Source of the DNA: an uncultured Candidatus Saccharibacteria bacterium
GTDB taxonomy: Bacteria; Patescibacteriota; Minisyncoccia; Minisyncoccales; 2-12-FULL-40-12
Length of the DNA: 64,000 nucleotides
Reading direction: 5' to 3'
Assembly: GCA_964518135.1 (NCBI GenBank)
Contig: CAZFEY010000001.1
Span: 2,856 to 66,855 of the forward strand
The position numbers and the translations under genes are program-made. The notes below the pieces were generated by a model. That model made no database searches. It saw only the letters and a list, made by a program, of their open reading frames with translations, and was not told where the DNA came from. Shown in pieces: positions 37,998-47,098 of the stretch; positions within the stretch are counted from its first letter, which is position 1, and the number at the start of each line of letters is the position of its first letter.

Positions 37998-38974
37998 TAT
38001 TTGCCTCCCTTAGCTAAGGAAATGAGCTGGGCAAGCGTAGCATCTACACCTTGCCCACCAGCGAATTCGACTCTCTGGCCGGCATTTGCAGCATATGCTA
38101 TCTGGGCCGGAGTGAGATCGATAGCCGCCTTGTAAAGCATCTGCTTAAGCGCTGGATCCTTGTTAATCTCTTTTTGCAGATCGATTGTCGACTTGCCAGA
38201 GATTTTTTCCAGGGCTCGCATTATTGCCCCAACTCCACCCTTAGTAATAGCTTCTGCTTCATGTTCAGCGGCATCGGCTTTACGCAAAGCAGTCTGAACG
38301 AGGGCTCGTGCCTCTAATAGATCTTCGCTTAGGTCAAAATCACGAATAGTGATTTGTTCCAGGTGAATACCTATTTTATCGAGAGCCTCAATGATTTTCG
38401 CGAGCTCTCCTTGCGGTAGCTGATTTTTCAAATCAACCCCAGAACCCTTCATTGTTAAGCCTTCATCTAAGTGCAGTGTGTTGAGGTAGGCTCGGATAGC
38501 GTTTTCGAAAAGATTTCGAGCAACACTCATCCAATTCTCAACAGAGTAGGTTGCTCTGTACGCGCCTGACCAAGAGTTGCCAGTTGCGTCTTCGTACGCT
38601 TCATCTGGACTTTTGACCCGTACTTGCGCTATCACACCGCGAGGTGTCGCGCTCCCATCTTTGAAATCTACCTCAATCGAAGTATCTCCTTCGAAAAGTT
38701 TGACCTCTTGGATCCAAATCGGAATAATATTCCGAATTGTTTCTATGCCCGGAATGATCCATTGCAACCCGGGACGAAGTGATCGGAAAAATTTTCCAAA
38801 TAGCTCCGTTACAAATCTCTCTTCTTCGCCGATTGATCTGAATCCATAGAAAACCGAGATCAACACAACGGTCAAGATACCACCGCCCCAATAATGACCG
38901 GCTCGAAACAGCACAAGGTCGATGATCGCACCAATAATGATAGCGATAATCATAAAGACAGTTAGAGTAGGCAT
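37997..38974 (-). CDS. SPFH/band 7 domain protein
   Basis: Two TM helices, E.FGKF.R.L.PGL.WIIP, GI.LE.I.IRD; strong SD AAGGAG. Confidence 0.8.
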   Translation of the reverse strand: MPTLTVFMIIAIIIGAIIDLVLFRAGHYWGGGILTVVLISVFYGFRSIGEEERFVTELFGKFFRSLRPGLQWIIPGIETIRNIIPIWIQEVKLFEGDTSIEVDFKDGSATPRGVIAQVRVKSPDEAYEDATGNSWSGAYRATYSVENWMSVARNLFENAIRAYLNTLHLDEGLTMKGSGVDLKNQLPQGELAKIIEALDKIGIHLEQITIRDFDLSEDLLEARALVQTALRKADAAEHEAEAITKGGVGAIMRALEKISGKSTIDLQKEINKDPALKQMLYKAAIDLTPAQIAYAANAGQRVEFAGGQGVDATLAQLISLAKGGK

Positions 38975-39004
38975 TGTTTTCTCCTTATCGGTGTATTTTA
39001 CCTA

Positions 39005-39048
39005 TTAGGTACTATATTAAGTATAGCACCTTATGGTTTTTTTGTCAA
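39005..39048 (-). promoter_or_regulatory. Sigma70 promoter for the SPFH cassette
   Basis: TTGACA...TGC-TATACT; -10/start region 24/26 identical to 5106-5131. Confidence 0.65.
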
Positions 39049-39127
39049 TACCAAGTGGGGCATACTTAAAACTGGCTTTTTTGAATGTATTTTGTGTTAT
39101 AATTTAAGAAGTGATAAACTTATAGAA

Positions 39128-39202
39128 CAAGTTTGTTCCTGATGAAATAGAATAAGTTTGTTATTAGCGCAATAAAGCAAGTTTGTTGCTAATGCAATAA
39201 AG
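39128..39202 (+). repeat. Three tandem 25-bp repeats before prgI
   Basis: caagtttgttcctgatgaaatagaa / taagtttgttattagcgcaataaag / caagtttgttgctaatgcaataaag. Confidence 0.8.
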
Positions 39203-39205
39203 CAT

Positions 39206-39622
39206 ATGCAATTTGATGTCCCTCAATTTGTTGAGTCTGAAACCAAAATAGCTGGATCTTTAACATTTAGACAGGTTTTATATCTTGCTGCTGCTGGTAT
39301 TGTCGTAATGGTTTCTTATTTCGGCCTGGCCAAAACCAACCTTGGTTTATTTATATTTATTACTGTTTTGGCAATCGTTTTTGGTTTGGCGTTCGCATTC
39401 CTTAAGATTGGTGGATTCTCTCTGGCAGTCTTTCTGAAGAATCTAATATTTTTCTTGATATCTTCCAAGGTTTATCTGTGGAGAAAACCTGCTGTGGCAC
39501 CCAAGGTTATCCAGAAAAGAATCGCTTCACCAGCAGAAGCAGAGAAAGAGAAAACCCTTAAAATGGGTGGAGAAAGCCGACTTAACAAGCTTTCAACCCA
39601 AATAGAAACAAACACCCAATAA
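39206..39622 (+). CDS. PrgI family protein
   Basis: MQF.VPQF.E.E.KI.G.LTFRQ, two TM helices, YLWRK. Confidence 0.85.
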   Translation: MQFDVPQFVESETKIAGSLTFRQVLYLAAAGIVVMVSYFGLAKTNLGLFIFITVLAIVFGLAFAFLKIGGFSLAVFLKNLIFFLISSKVYLWRKPAVAPKVIQKRIASPAEAEKEKTLKMGGESRLNKLSTQIETNTQ

Positions 39623-39627
39623 CAACT

Positions 39628-40272
39628 ATGGCCGAACTTACTACGCAAAAGTTTTTAGAAATATCTCAAATCAAGGAAGGTGTTATCGTTCTGCGAAATA
39701 AAGCTCTGCGAGGAATCTTAATGGTGTCTTCGGTTAACTTCGCGTTGAAGTCTACTGACGAACAAAGCGCTATCCTGTATCAATTCCAAAGTTTTTTAAA
39801 TGCGCTCGATTTTTCGTGTCAAATAGTTGTTCAATCAAGAAGATTAAATATCACCGGTTATTTAGAAAAGTTGGAAGAACTAGAACAAAAACAAAAAAAT
39901 AAACTTTTAAAATTACAAACGAAAGAGTATAAAGATTTTATTAAACAATTGGTTGAAGAGAAAGAAATACTAACTAAAAGTTTCTTTGTGGTTGTACCAT
40001 ATTCTATTTCGGAAATGATTGGTCCTGAATCTTCCCAGAAAGGATTATTAGCGCAAGCTAAATTGCCAACTTTGACAGAAGAAAATTTCCAAAGATGCAA
40101 AACGCAACTATGGCAAAGGATGGAGTATGTGGCTCTAGGATTAAGAAGGTGCGGACTTCAATCTGTCCCCCTGACAACGCCCGAAATCGTCGAGCTTTTT
40201 TGGAGCTTACATCATCCTAAAGAAGCAGAAGTGGGATTTTACCCGGAATTTCCAATGGAATTAATTGTGTAA
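39628..40272 (+). CDS. TraC/VirB4-associated protein
   Basis: SSVNFALKS.DEQ.AI...Q.FLN.LDF..QIVVQSR; lies between prgI and the VirB4 ATPase. Confidence 0.75.
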   Translation: MAELTTQKFLEISQIKEGVIVLRNKALRGILMVSSVNFALKSTDEQSAILYQFQSFLNALDFSCQIVVQSRRLNITGYLEKLEELEQKQKNKLLKLQTKEYKDFIKQLVEEKEILTKSFFVVVPYSISEMIGPESSQKGLLAQAKLPTLTEENFQRCKTQLWQRMEYVALGLRRCGLQSVPLTTPEIVELFWSLHHPKEAEVGFYPEFPMELIV

Positions 40273-42067
40273 TCCAATAATGAAACTACCATTTTTTAAA
40301 AAAAGAGGTGAAGACCAATTAGTCGCTGAGGTTGCGCTACCAGAAACAGTGGGAATTAGCGACATTATAGCACCTTCTTCGATCGAGGTATCTCCTAATT
40401 ATGTAAAGATAGGAGAAAGATTAGCCAAAACATTTTTTATCTTTTCTTATCCTAGCTCCTTAACAACTGGGTGGTTTTCGCCAATTATCAATTTAGACAC
40501 AACAATGGATATTGGTATTTTTATTCACCCAGTAGATATGGCGCAGGTTCTTAAGCAGTTAAGGAAAAAAGTTACCGAAGTGCAGGCCGATATAATAGAA
40601 AGAGAGGAAAAAGGTTTAATTCGAGACCCTCAAACAGAAATGGCATTCCGTAATTTAGAAGAATTGCGAGAAAAATTCATATCAGCGCAAGAAAGAATGT
40701 TTAGGGTGGGTATATATATAACAATTTATGCCGACAGCGAAAAACAACTTACCGAAACCGAAGTGTTCTTAAGATCGGCGATAGAGGGTAGATTGGTTTA
40801 TTCAAAACCTGCAACGTTCCAGCAAAAAAAAGGCTTTATTTCAACTTCTCCTTACGGGATAGACGCTTTGCAAATTACCACCTCAATGAATACAGCTCCG
40901 GTATCTAGTGCTTTTCCGTTTGTATCTTTCGATTTGAGCTCGAACGACGGTATTTTATACGGAATCAACCAGCATAATAATTCCTTAATTTTATTCGATA
41001 GATTTACGCTGGAAAACTCCAACGCTGTTATCTTCGGAACTTCAGGCTCTGGAAAAAGCTATTTGGTAAAGTTGGATGCCTTACGATCTCTAATGATTGG
41101 CGCTAATGTTATTATTATTGACCCCGAAAATGAATACAAGGCCTTAGCTGATACGGTCGGAGGTTCTTTCTTTAACATTTCCCTATCTTCTAATGACCGA
41201 ATTAACCCATTTGACTTACCCCCACCAAGAGAAGGAGAAAGACCGGAAGACGTCTTAAGGTCTAACACAATGAATTTGGTCGGATTATTAAGGATTATGC
41301 TAGGAGGATTAACGCCCGAAGAAGATGCAATAATAGACAGAGCCCTTACTGAAACTTATGCCGCCAAAGACATCACGCCAGATAGTGATTTTTCTGCGGC
41401 TACACCTCCATTACTTTCGGACTTAGAAGATGTTCTATCGACAATGGAGGGTGCAGAAAACTTAACTATAAAGCTAAGAAAGTTTACTCAAGGCACTTAC
41501 TCATCGTTCTTTAATCAGCACTCTAATGTTTCTATGGATAACAATATGATCGTTTTTGGCATAAGAGACATGGAAGAACAATTAAGGCCGATTGCGATGT
41601 ATATAATTATGAGGTATATCTGGAATCAGGTTAGATCTATACTAAAAAAAAGGGTTTTGATTATAGATGAAGCATGGTGGCTTATGCAAACAGAAGATGG
41701 TGCATCTTTCTTGTATGGATTAGTAAAAAGGTCTAGAAAGTACTGGCTAGGAGTCACAACAATAACTCAAGACGTTGGCGATTTTATGAAGTCAGAATAT
41801 GGAAAACCTATCATTACCAACTCTGCATTGAAGATTTTGATGAAGCAATCTCCGGCCACAATCAATCTTGTTCAACAAACGTTTAACCTTACAGAAGAAG
41901 AAAAATATATTCTGCTTGAACCGTCTGTGGGAGAGGGCATATTCTTTGCCGGGCAAAAACATGTAGCCATAAAAGTTATGGCATCTTACACTGAAGACCA
42001 AATTATAACTACGGACCCGGGGCAATTAGCGAAAATCAAAAGAGCAAAAGCAGATTTAACCGAATAA
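40265..42067 (+). CDS. VirB4/TraC-like ATPase
   Basis: Walker A GTSGSGKS, IIDPENEY, Walker B IIDEAW, RKYWLG.T.ITQ; start may be at MKLPFF. Confidence 0.9.
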   Translation: MCNPIMKLPFFKKRGEDQLVAEVALPETVGISDIIAPSSIEVSPNYVKIGERLAKTFFIFSYPSSLTTGWFSPIINLDTTMDIGIFIHPVDMAQVLKQLRKKVTEVQADIIEREEKGLIRDPQTEMAFRNLEELREKFISAQERMFRVGIYITIYADSEKQLTETEVFLRSAIEGRLVYSKPATFQQKKGFISTSPYGIDALQITTSMNTAPVSSAFPFVSFDLSSNDGILYGINQHNNSLILFDRFTLENSNAVIFGTSGSGKSYLVKLDALRSLMIGANVIIIDPENEYKALADTVGGSFFNISLSSNDRINPFDLPPPREGERPEDVLRSNTMNLVGLLRIMLGGLTPEEDAIIDRALTETYAAKDITPDSDFSAATPPLLSDLEDVLSTMEGAENLTIKLRKFTQGTYSSFFNQHSNVSMDNNMIVFGIRDMEEQLRPIAMYIIMRYIWNQVRSILKKRVLIIDEAWWLMQTEDGASFLYGLVKRSRKYWLGVTTITQDVGDFMKSEYGKPIITNSALKILMKQSPATINLVQQTFNLTEEEKYILLEPSVGEGIFFAGQKHVAIKVMASYTEDQIITTDPGQLAKIKRAKADLTE

Positions 42068-42074
42068 TAAGACC

Positions 42075-42473
42075 ATGCCAGAAGAAATCGAGGAATCGCA
42101 AGAACCACAAGAAACAGAAGAAATCCAGGAGAGTGGCGGAGCAATGAACCTTTTAAGCCCAGAAGGGCTTGTAATGATGTCTGTGGCAGTAGTTATTGAC
42201 TTGATCGGCTTGATTATAGTGTGCGTAGGATTAGATGATTTTGGCATCACCGATATAATAGGTATGATTTTTATAGGCTCTTGGATGTTTTTCAGGTCTG
42301 GCGCAATGCCAGAAAGAAAAACTCCCTCGAAAAAATCGAAGGGAGCTGGGAAAACGGCAGAGCGAAATGTATTAAAAAGATTCGGCCTAACAGGGCTAGC
42401 CGAGCTAATCCCGTACTTAGGCGCACTACCTTGGTGGACTATAATGGTTTATAAAGAATTAACCGAAAGCTAA
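42075..42473 (+). CDS. Hypothetical membrane protein
   Basis: TM segments, ELIPYLGALPWWT. Confidence 0.65.
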   Translation: MPEEIEESQEPQETEEIQESGGAMNLLSPEGLVMMSVAVVIDLIGLIIVCVGLDDFGITDIIGMIFIGSWMFFRSGAMPERKTPSKKSKGAGKTAERNVLKRFGLTGLAELIPYLGALPWWTIMVYKELTES

Positions 42474-42979
42474 CCTGCTAAAGCGCCCGACTTAAGCCTT
42501 ATAGCTATTCTTCTGTTCGGATTTTCTCCAATGCTTTCGGTAATAATATTTTCGTTATTGGATAATTCCATATGAACAACCCTTCTTTCGTAAGCCGACA
42601 TCTGTGGTAAAACTATTTCCTTTTTGGATAAAATAACTTCTTCTGCTGAAAGCCGAGCTAGCTCTTTTAAGTACTCGGATTTTTTCTTTTTATAGCTATT
42701 GATGTCTAATTCGAATAAAAACTGTTTATCCGTTTTCTTTCTCAACACGCACCTAATCAAGTGTTGGATCTCCATTAGCGCCTGGCCACGCTCGCCAATC
42801 AAAACCTGTGGCTCCTGGGCATGGACGTCAACCGAAACAACATCTGCCGGGACAGCATTTTTGTCTTGCGCAGAAGTACTGCCTAGCACCAAAGAGCCAA
42901 GTTCAACTTCAAATCCTGTTTTTTGGAAAAATTCTTGGATTAAGTTTTTTATTATTTTTAATTCGTTGCTGTTTATCAT
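42470..42979 (-). CDS. jag: Jag/KhpB-like KH-R3H RNA-binding protein
   Basis: LIGERG..L..IQH, LDINSY, MSAYERRVVH, TESIGE..NRR; downstream of yidC. Confidence 0.88.
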   Translation of the reverse strand: MINSNELKIIKNLIQEFFQKTGFEVELGSLVLGSTSAQDKNAVPADVVSVDVHAQEPQVLIGERGQALMEIQHLIRCVLRKKTDKQFLFELDINSYKKKKSEYLKELARLSAEEVILSKKEIVLPQMSAYERRVVHMELSNNENIITESIGENPNRRIAIRLKSGALAG

Positions 42980-43701
42980 TTTGTATTATTTTTTAATAAA
43001 CTTTTTTGTTGAAAAGTAGAAAATAAAGAAGTTACTATCCAATATAATGCCAGAGCAGACGGCAACTTCCAAAGTATCATAACAGTAAATAAAGGGAAAA
43101 AATAAAGCATTTGTTTCTGCATCATTGAAGACATTTGTGCCTGGGCGTCTTTTTTATTTCTGCCGGTATTTTTTGTGGCAGGGGTCATTGTTTTAGCCTG
43201 GAAAAATTGGCCTATACCAGCCATCAATGCCAATGCGACTGATGGTTCTCCGAGGTTTAATATGCCCAGAAACATCGGGTCAATAAAATCGGGGGCCGGC
43301 AAAAAGGAATAAATATCATTTAGCTGTTCCGGCTGAAATCCTCTCCAAAAAATACGCCAAAGAGCAATCAATATCGGTACCTGGACCAACGAAAGAACTA
43401 ACCCGGAAAAAGGATTTACCCTTGCTTGTTTGTAAAGATCCATTACCTCCGTCGCTTGTTTTTGCTTATCGTTTTTGTATTTTTCTTGCAATTCTTTCAC
43501 CTTAGGCTGGAGATCCTGCACTGCCTTTTGAATTTTAATAGCTTCCGACCCCAATGGGTAAAGCGCTAATTTGATCAAAATAGTTAAAGCGACGATGGCT
43601 ATCCCAAAATCTTTACCCGGTAAAAATTGATACAATAAAATCAAAAGATTAAATAATGGCTGATAAAGTGCTACGTGAAAAAAATTTATTAATACATCCA
43701 T
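42976..43701 (-). CDS. yidC: Membrane protein insertase
   Basis: FGIAI..LT..IK..LYPL, LQPK.KELQ.KYK, LPSAL.LYW. Confidence 0.95.
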   Translation of the reverse strand: MDVLINFFHVALYQPLFNLLILLYQFLPGKDFGIAIVALTILIKLALYPLGSEAIKIQKAVQDLQPKVKELQEKYKNDKQKQATEVMDLYKQARVNPFSGLVLSLVQVPILIALWRIFWRGFQPEQLNDIYSFLPAPDFIDPMFLGILNLGEPSVALALMAGIGQFFQAKTMTPATKNTGRNKKDAQAQMSSMMQKQMLYFFPLFTVMILWKLPSALALYWIVTSLFSTFQQKSLLKNNTK

Positions 43702-43719
43702 AATAATCTACCTTTAGTT

Positions 43720-44043
43720 TTAAACTGCTTTTTTCAATAGTTGCTCAACGATTTTTTTTAAATCTGCAAAGCTTTTACGCTCTAATCCTGATTGAGCCAC
43801 AAAAACCATATCAAAACCATTGTCGCTACTTAATTCCGCCAACGTTTTCAATCTCCTTCTTAAGCGATTGCGAACAACCGCTTTTTTTGAAACATCCTTA
43901 CTTATAACAAAGCCTTGGCGGTTATAACCAAGACGATTGGCAGCAACTTGAAGAAACAAACAATCTCCCTTAGTTCTCTTTCCTTTCTTAAAAACAATTC
44001 CAAAATCTCTCTTTCGCCTTAACCGATTAATTTTTGACAACAT
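43720..44043 (-). CDS. rnpA: Ribonuclease P protein component
   Basis: NRL....DF..VFKKG, SK.V.KKAVVRNRLRR. Confidence 0.92.
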   Translation of the reverse strand: MLSKINRLRRKRDFGIVFKKGKRTKGDCLFLQVAANRLGYNRQGFVISKDVSKKAVVRNRLRRRLKTLAELSSDNGFDMVFVAQSGLERKSFADLKKIVEQLLKKAV

Positions 44044-44065
44044 TAATTGGGTTGTAAAAACAAAA

Positions 44066-44200
44066 TCACGCAACCAGTCGCTGCCTTCCCTTTCTTCTAC
44101 GCCTAGCTACAACCTTTCTTCCTCCCTTAGTCGACTTCCTTTTTCTAAAGCCGTGTGTTTTTTTTCTTTTTCTTTTCTTTGGTTGATATGTAATACTCAT
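44066..44200 (-). CDS. rpmH: 50S ribosomal protein L34 (absent from the ORF track)
   Basis: Translated by hand: [44 protein letters not shown]. Confidence 0.95.
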   Translation of the reverse strand: MSITYQPKKRKRKKTHGFRKRKSTKGGRKVVARRRRKGRQRLVA

Positions 44201-44459
44201 AGACCCTACGTAATACACTTGTGGATTATGTAATACTTATAAATTTCAAACAACACCCTTAAAACCTTAGACAACTCTGTTTTAGAATAACAAAAAAATG
44301 ACCCCAAGTCAAACCCGCGCCAATAATTATTTATATACACAGCTTTTGCCCAGTTTCTTAACAGTGAAATTAGCTTTTGCCTTAATTTACCTTAAATTTG
44401 CACTTAATTTTCTTTTTGATGGCCCTGTGATATAATCAAAAATCTTAAATCTAACCCTT

Positions 44460-45806
44460 ATGAGCAAAGAAGAGCTTTGGCAAGCTGTTTTGGCCCAAAT
44501 ACAACTAAACATATCTCCTGCCAATTTCAATACGTGGTTTAAAAGCACCTCGATTATTTCCTTGGAAGAGGGACAAGTTACGGTTTCTGTCCCAAGTTTA
44601 TTTGTTAAGGGTTGGTTAGAGCAAAAATACAACAAAACCATATTTAAAATATTGAGAGATCTCAATCCTGAAATCCGAGATGTAAAATACATTGTGGGAA
44701 GTTTTAAGCCAAAAGTCGCAAAAAAAGAATACTCAACCCCTGAAACCAGCGAACAATCTGGTTTTTTTGAGTTAAAAACAAACAAAGAAACAAACCTCAA
44801 CCCTAGATACACCTTTGAAAGTTTTGTGGTGGGATCTTTTAATGAACTATCTCACGCAGCAGCTTTAGCCACGGCGGAAAGCCCGGGTAGTATGTATAAT
44901 CCTCTTTTTATATATGGGGGGGTGGGGCTTGGAAAAACACATCTTTTGCAGGCGACGGGCAACGAGATTACGCAAAAGTTTCCCAACAAAAAAATAAAGT
45001 ATGTTTCTTCTGAAAAATTCACCTCTGAGGTTGTAGCCTCTATGAGAAACAAGACTATGGATAACATTAAGTCGAAATACAGGACGGTTGACGTCTTAAT
45101 TATAGATGATGTTCAGTTTTTATCAGGAAAAGAAAGAACGCAAGAAGAATTTTTTCACACATTTAACCATCTTTACGAAAAAAACAAGCAAATAATATTA
45201 TCTTCTGACAGACCTCCTAAAGCCATCTCGTCTCTTACCGAAAGATTAAGATCTAGGTTTGAAGGGGGTATGATTACTGATATTAGCTACCCAGACCTTG
45301 AAACAAGAATGGCTATTTTAAAACAAAAAGCTCAAGAAAAAAATATTGTCTTGCCAGACGAAATCATCGCCTTAGTGGCAACAAAAATACAAAAAAACAT
45401 CAGAGAATTAGAGGGCGCTCTTAATAGACTTTTGGTTCATTATAAAGTTAACAGCGCGTTTGGGACAGACGACGCAATGGTTGTTTTAAAAAAGACCCTT
45501 ATCGCCCCAACAAGAACCACCACCCCTAAAAAAATAATCCAGGCAGTGGCTGATTTTTACGACATTAAAGAAAAAATACTTTCCACAACATCTCGTAAAA
45601 AAGAAATAGTAAAACCAAGACAAGTAGCGATGTTTTTGTTGCGAGAAGATTTAAAATGTTCCTTCCCTTTTATTGGGCAAAAATTTGGGGGGAAGGATCA
45701 CACAACAGCGATACATTCTTACGAAAAAATTAATAAAGAATTTTTAATAAACAACGACCTAAAAGAGGAAATTGAGTTAATAAGGCAAAACGTATCTAAT
45801 TTATAA
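44460..45806 (+). CDS. dnaA: Chromosomal replication initiator
   Basis: YTFESFVVG, NPLFIYGGVGLGKTHL, IDDVQF, QEEFFHTFN, DHTTAIH. Confidence 0.98.
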   Translation: MSKEELWQAVLAQIQLNISPANFNTWFKSTSIISLEEGQVTVSVPSLFVKGWLEQKYNKTIFKILRDLNPEIRDVKYIVGSFKPKVAKKEYSTPETSEQSGFFELKTNKETNLNPRYTFESFVVGSFNELSHAAALATAESPGSMYNPLFIYGGVGLGKTHLLQATGNEITQKFPNKKIKYVSSEKFTSEVVASMRNKTMDNIKSKYRTVDVLIIDDVQFLSGKERTQEEFFHTFNHLYEKNKQIILSSDRPPKAISSLTERLRSRFEGGMITDISYPDLETRMAILKQKAQEKNIVLPDEIIALVATKIQKNIRELEGALNRLLVHYKVNSAFGTDDAMVVLKKTLIAPTRTTTPKKIIQAVADFYDIKEKILSTTSRKKEIVKPRQVAMFLLREDLKCSFPFIGQKFGGKDHTTAIHSYEKINKEFLINNDLKEEIELIRQNVSNL

Positions 45807-45960
45807 TCTGTGTAAAACCAATTATTGACTTGTGGAAAAATAAATAATTTAAAATTAAATTTATTATCCACAAAAAATAAACAACAAAAAACATCAAAAA
45901 AAACAACTTTTAAAGCTTAATAATAATTAAAGATTATTATCCACACAAACAACTATAATA
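45807..45960. other. Probable oriC region
   Basis: TTATCCACA at 45864-45872 and 45937-45945, TGTGGAAAA at 45831-45839, AT-rich; further imperfect box at 44220-44228; strand bias turns G/T-rich downstream. Confidence 0.8.
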
Positions 45961-47097
45961 ATGAAAATAACTATTTTAAAAGAAAAATTACAAGAAGGAC
46001 TCAACGCCATTTCTAGAATTGTCGGAAAAAACACATCATTGCCAATACTTTCTAATGTTTTAATTGAATCAGATAGCAACACAATAATTCTTTCCGCGAC
46101 AGACTTGGAGATTGGTATAAAATATCGAATTCTTTCTCGGGTGGATAAAAAAGGGAAGGTGGCTATTCCCTTGGTAACTTTTCTTGGTGTTGTAGGAGCA
46201 TTGCCCAAAAAACCAATCAATATTGAATCTGAATCTACACTTTTGATTGTTAAGTCTGAAAATTTTGAAATAAACATAAAAGGATTGCCGGTCGAAGATT
46301 TTCCAATTATCCCCAACTTAATAAATGGCGAGACGGTTAATATCTCCGCTAGTGTTTTTTGCGACGCCATATCTTCTGTTTGTGATTTAGCCTCAACGTC
46401 TTCTATTAGGCCAGAAATATCAGGGGTTTTAGTTTCTTTTCTTGGTAAGACGCTAAAAACCGTTGCGACAGACAGCTTTCGCTTAGCAGAAAAAAGCGTT
46501 TCTTGTGGAATTGATCTTGGTAGCCATTCTTTTATTTTGCCACAAAGATCAGCGAAAGAGGTTGTTGGTATTTTTGGGGGGAAGGATAGCGTTGGAGAAT
46601 TAAAAATTACACTTGACCAAAACCAAATATCTATAGAGTCTTTGCCTTCCGGGGCTGACCAATCAACAATATATTTAACCTCAAAAATTATCGACGGAGA
46701 GTACCCTAATTATAAAGAAATTATTCCATCTTCTGGCGAGGCACAAGTTGTGTTGGACAGGGGTGGTTTTTTGGACCAAATTAAACTTGCTTCGTTTTTT
46801 TGCGGCAAAACGGGGGAAGTTAGGTTGGGCATTGACAACAAGCGAGGCGGATTAAGTATCTATAGCCAAAACCAAGAATCGGGAGAACATTCGTCTTTTT
46901 TGCCCGGACAAGTAAAGGGTAAGGGAGATGAGGCCTCTTTTAATTGCAGGTTTTTACTTGATGGGCTTTCAAAAATCAAGAGTTCGGAGGTTGTTTTTGA
47001 GCTAACTAAGCGTAATGGTGATTTGGGCCCAGGAGTTTTAAAACCAATAGGAGATCAGAGTTTTATTTATATTTTAATGCCTCTTAATTTGGGATAG
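45961..47097 (+). CDS. dnaN: DNA polymerase III beta clamp
   Basis: LPILSNVL, ATDLEI, VATDSFRLA, IDGEYPNY, YILMP. Confidence 0.97.
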   Translation: MKITILKEKLQEGLNAISRIVGKNTSLPILSNVLIESDSNTIILSATDLEIGIKYRILSRVDKKGKVAIPLVTFLGVVGALPKKPINIESESTLLIVKSENFEINIKGLPVEDFPIIPNLINGETVNISASVFCDAISSVCDLASTSSIRPEISGVLVSFLGKTLKTVATDSFRLAEKSVSCGIDLGSHSFILPQRSAKEVVGIFGGKDSVGELKITLDQNQISIESLPSGADQSTIYLTSKIIDGEYPNYKEIIPSSGEAQVVLDRGGFLDQIKLASFFCGKTGEVRLGIDNKRGGLSIYSQNQESGEHSSFLPGQVKGKGDEASFNCRFLLDGLSKIKSSEVVFELTKRNGDLGPGVLKPIGDQSFIYILMPLNLG

Positions 47098-47098
47098 G

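Noticed and set aside
39128-39202. Mini CRISPR array
   Set aside because: Contiguous degenerate 25-mers with no spacers.
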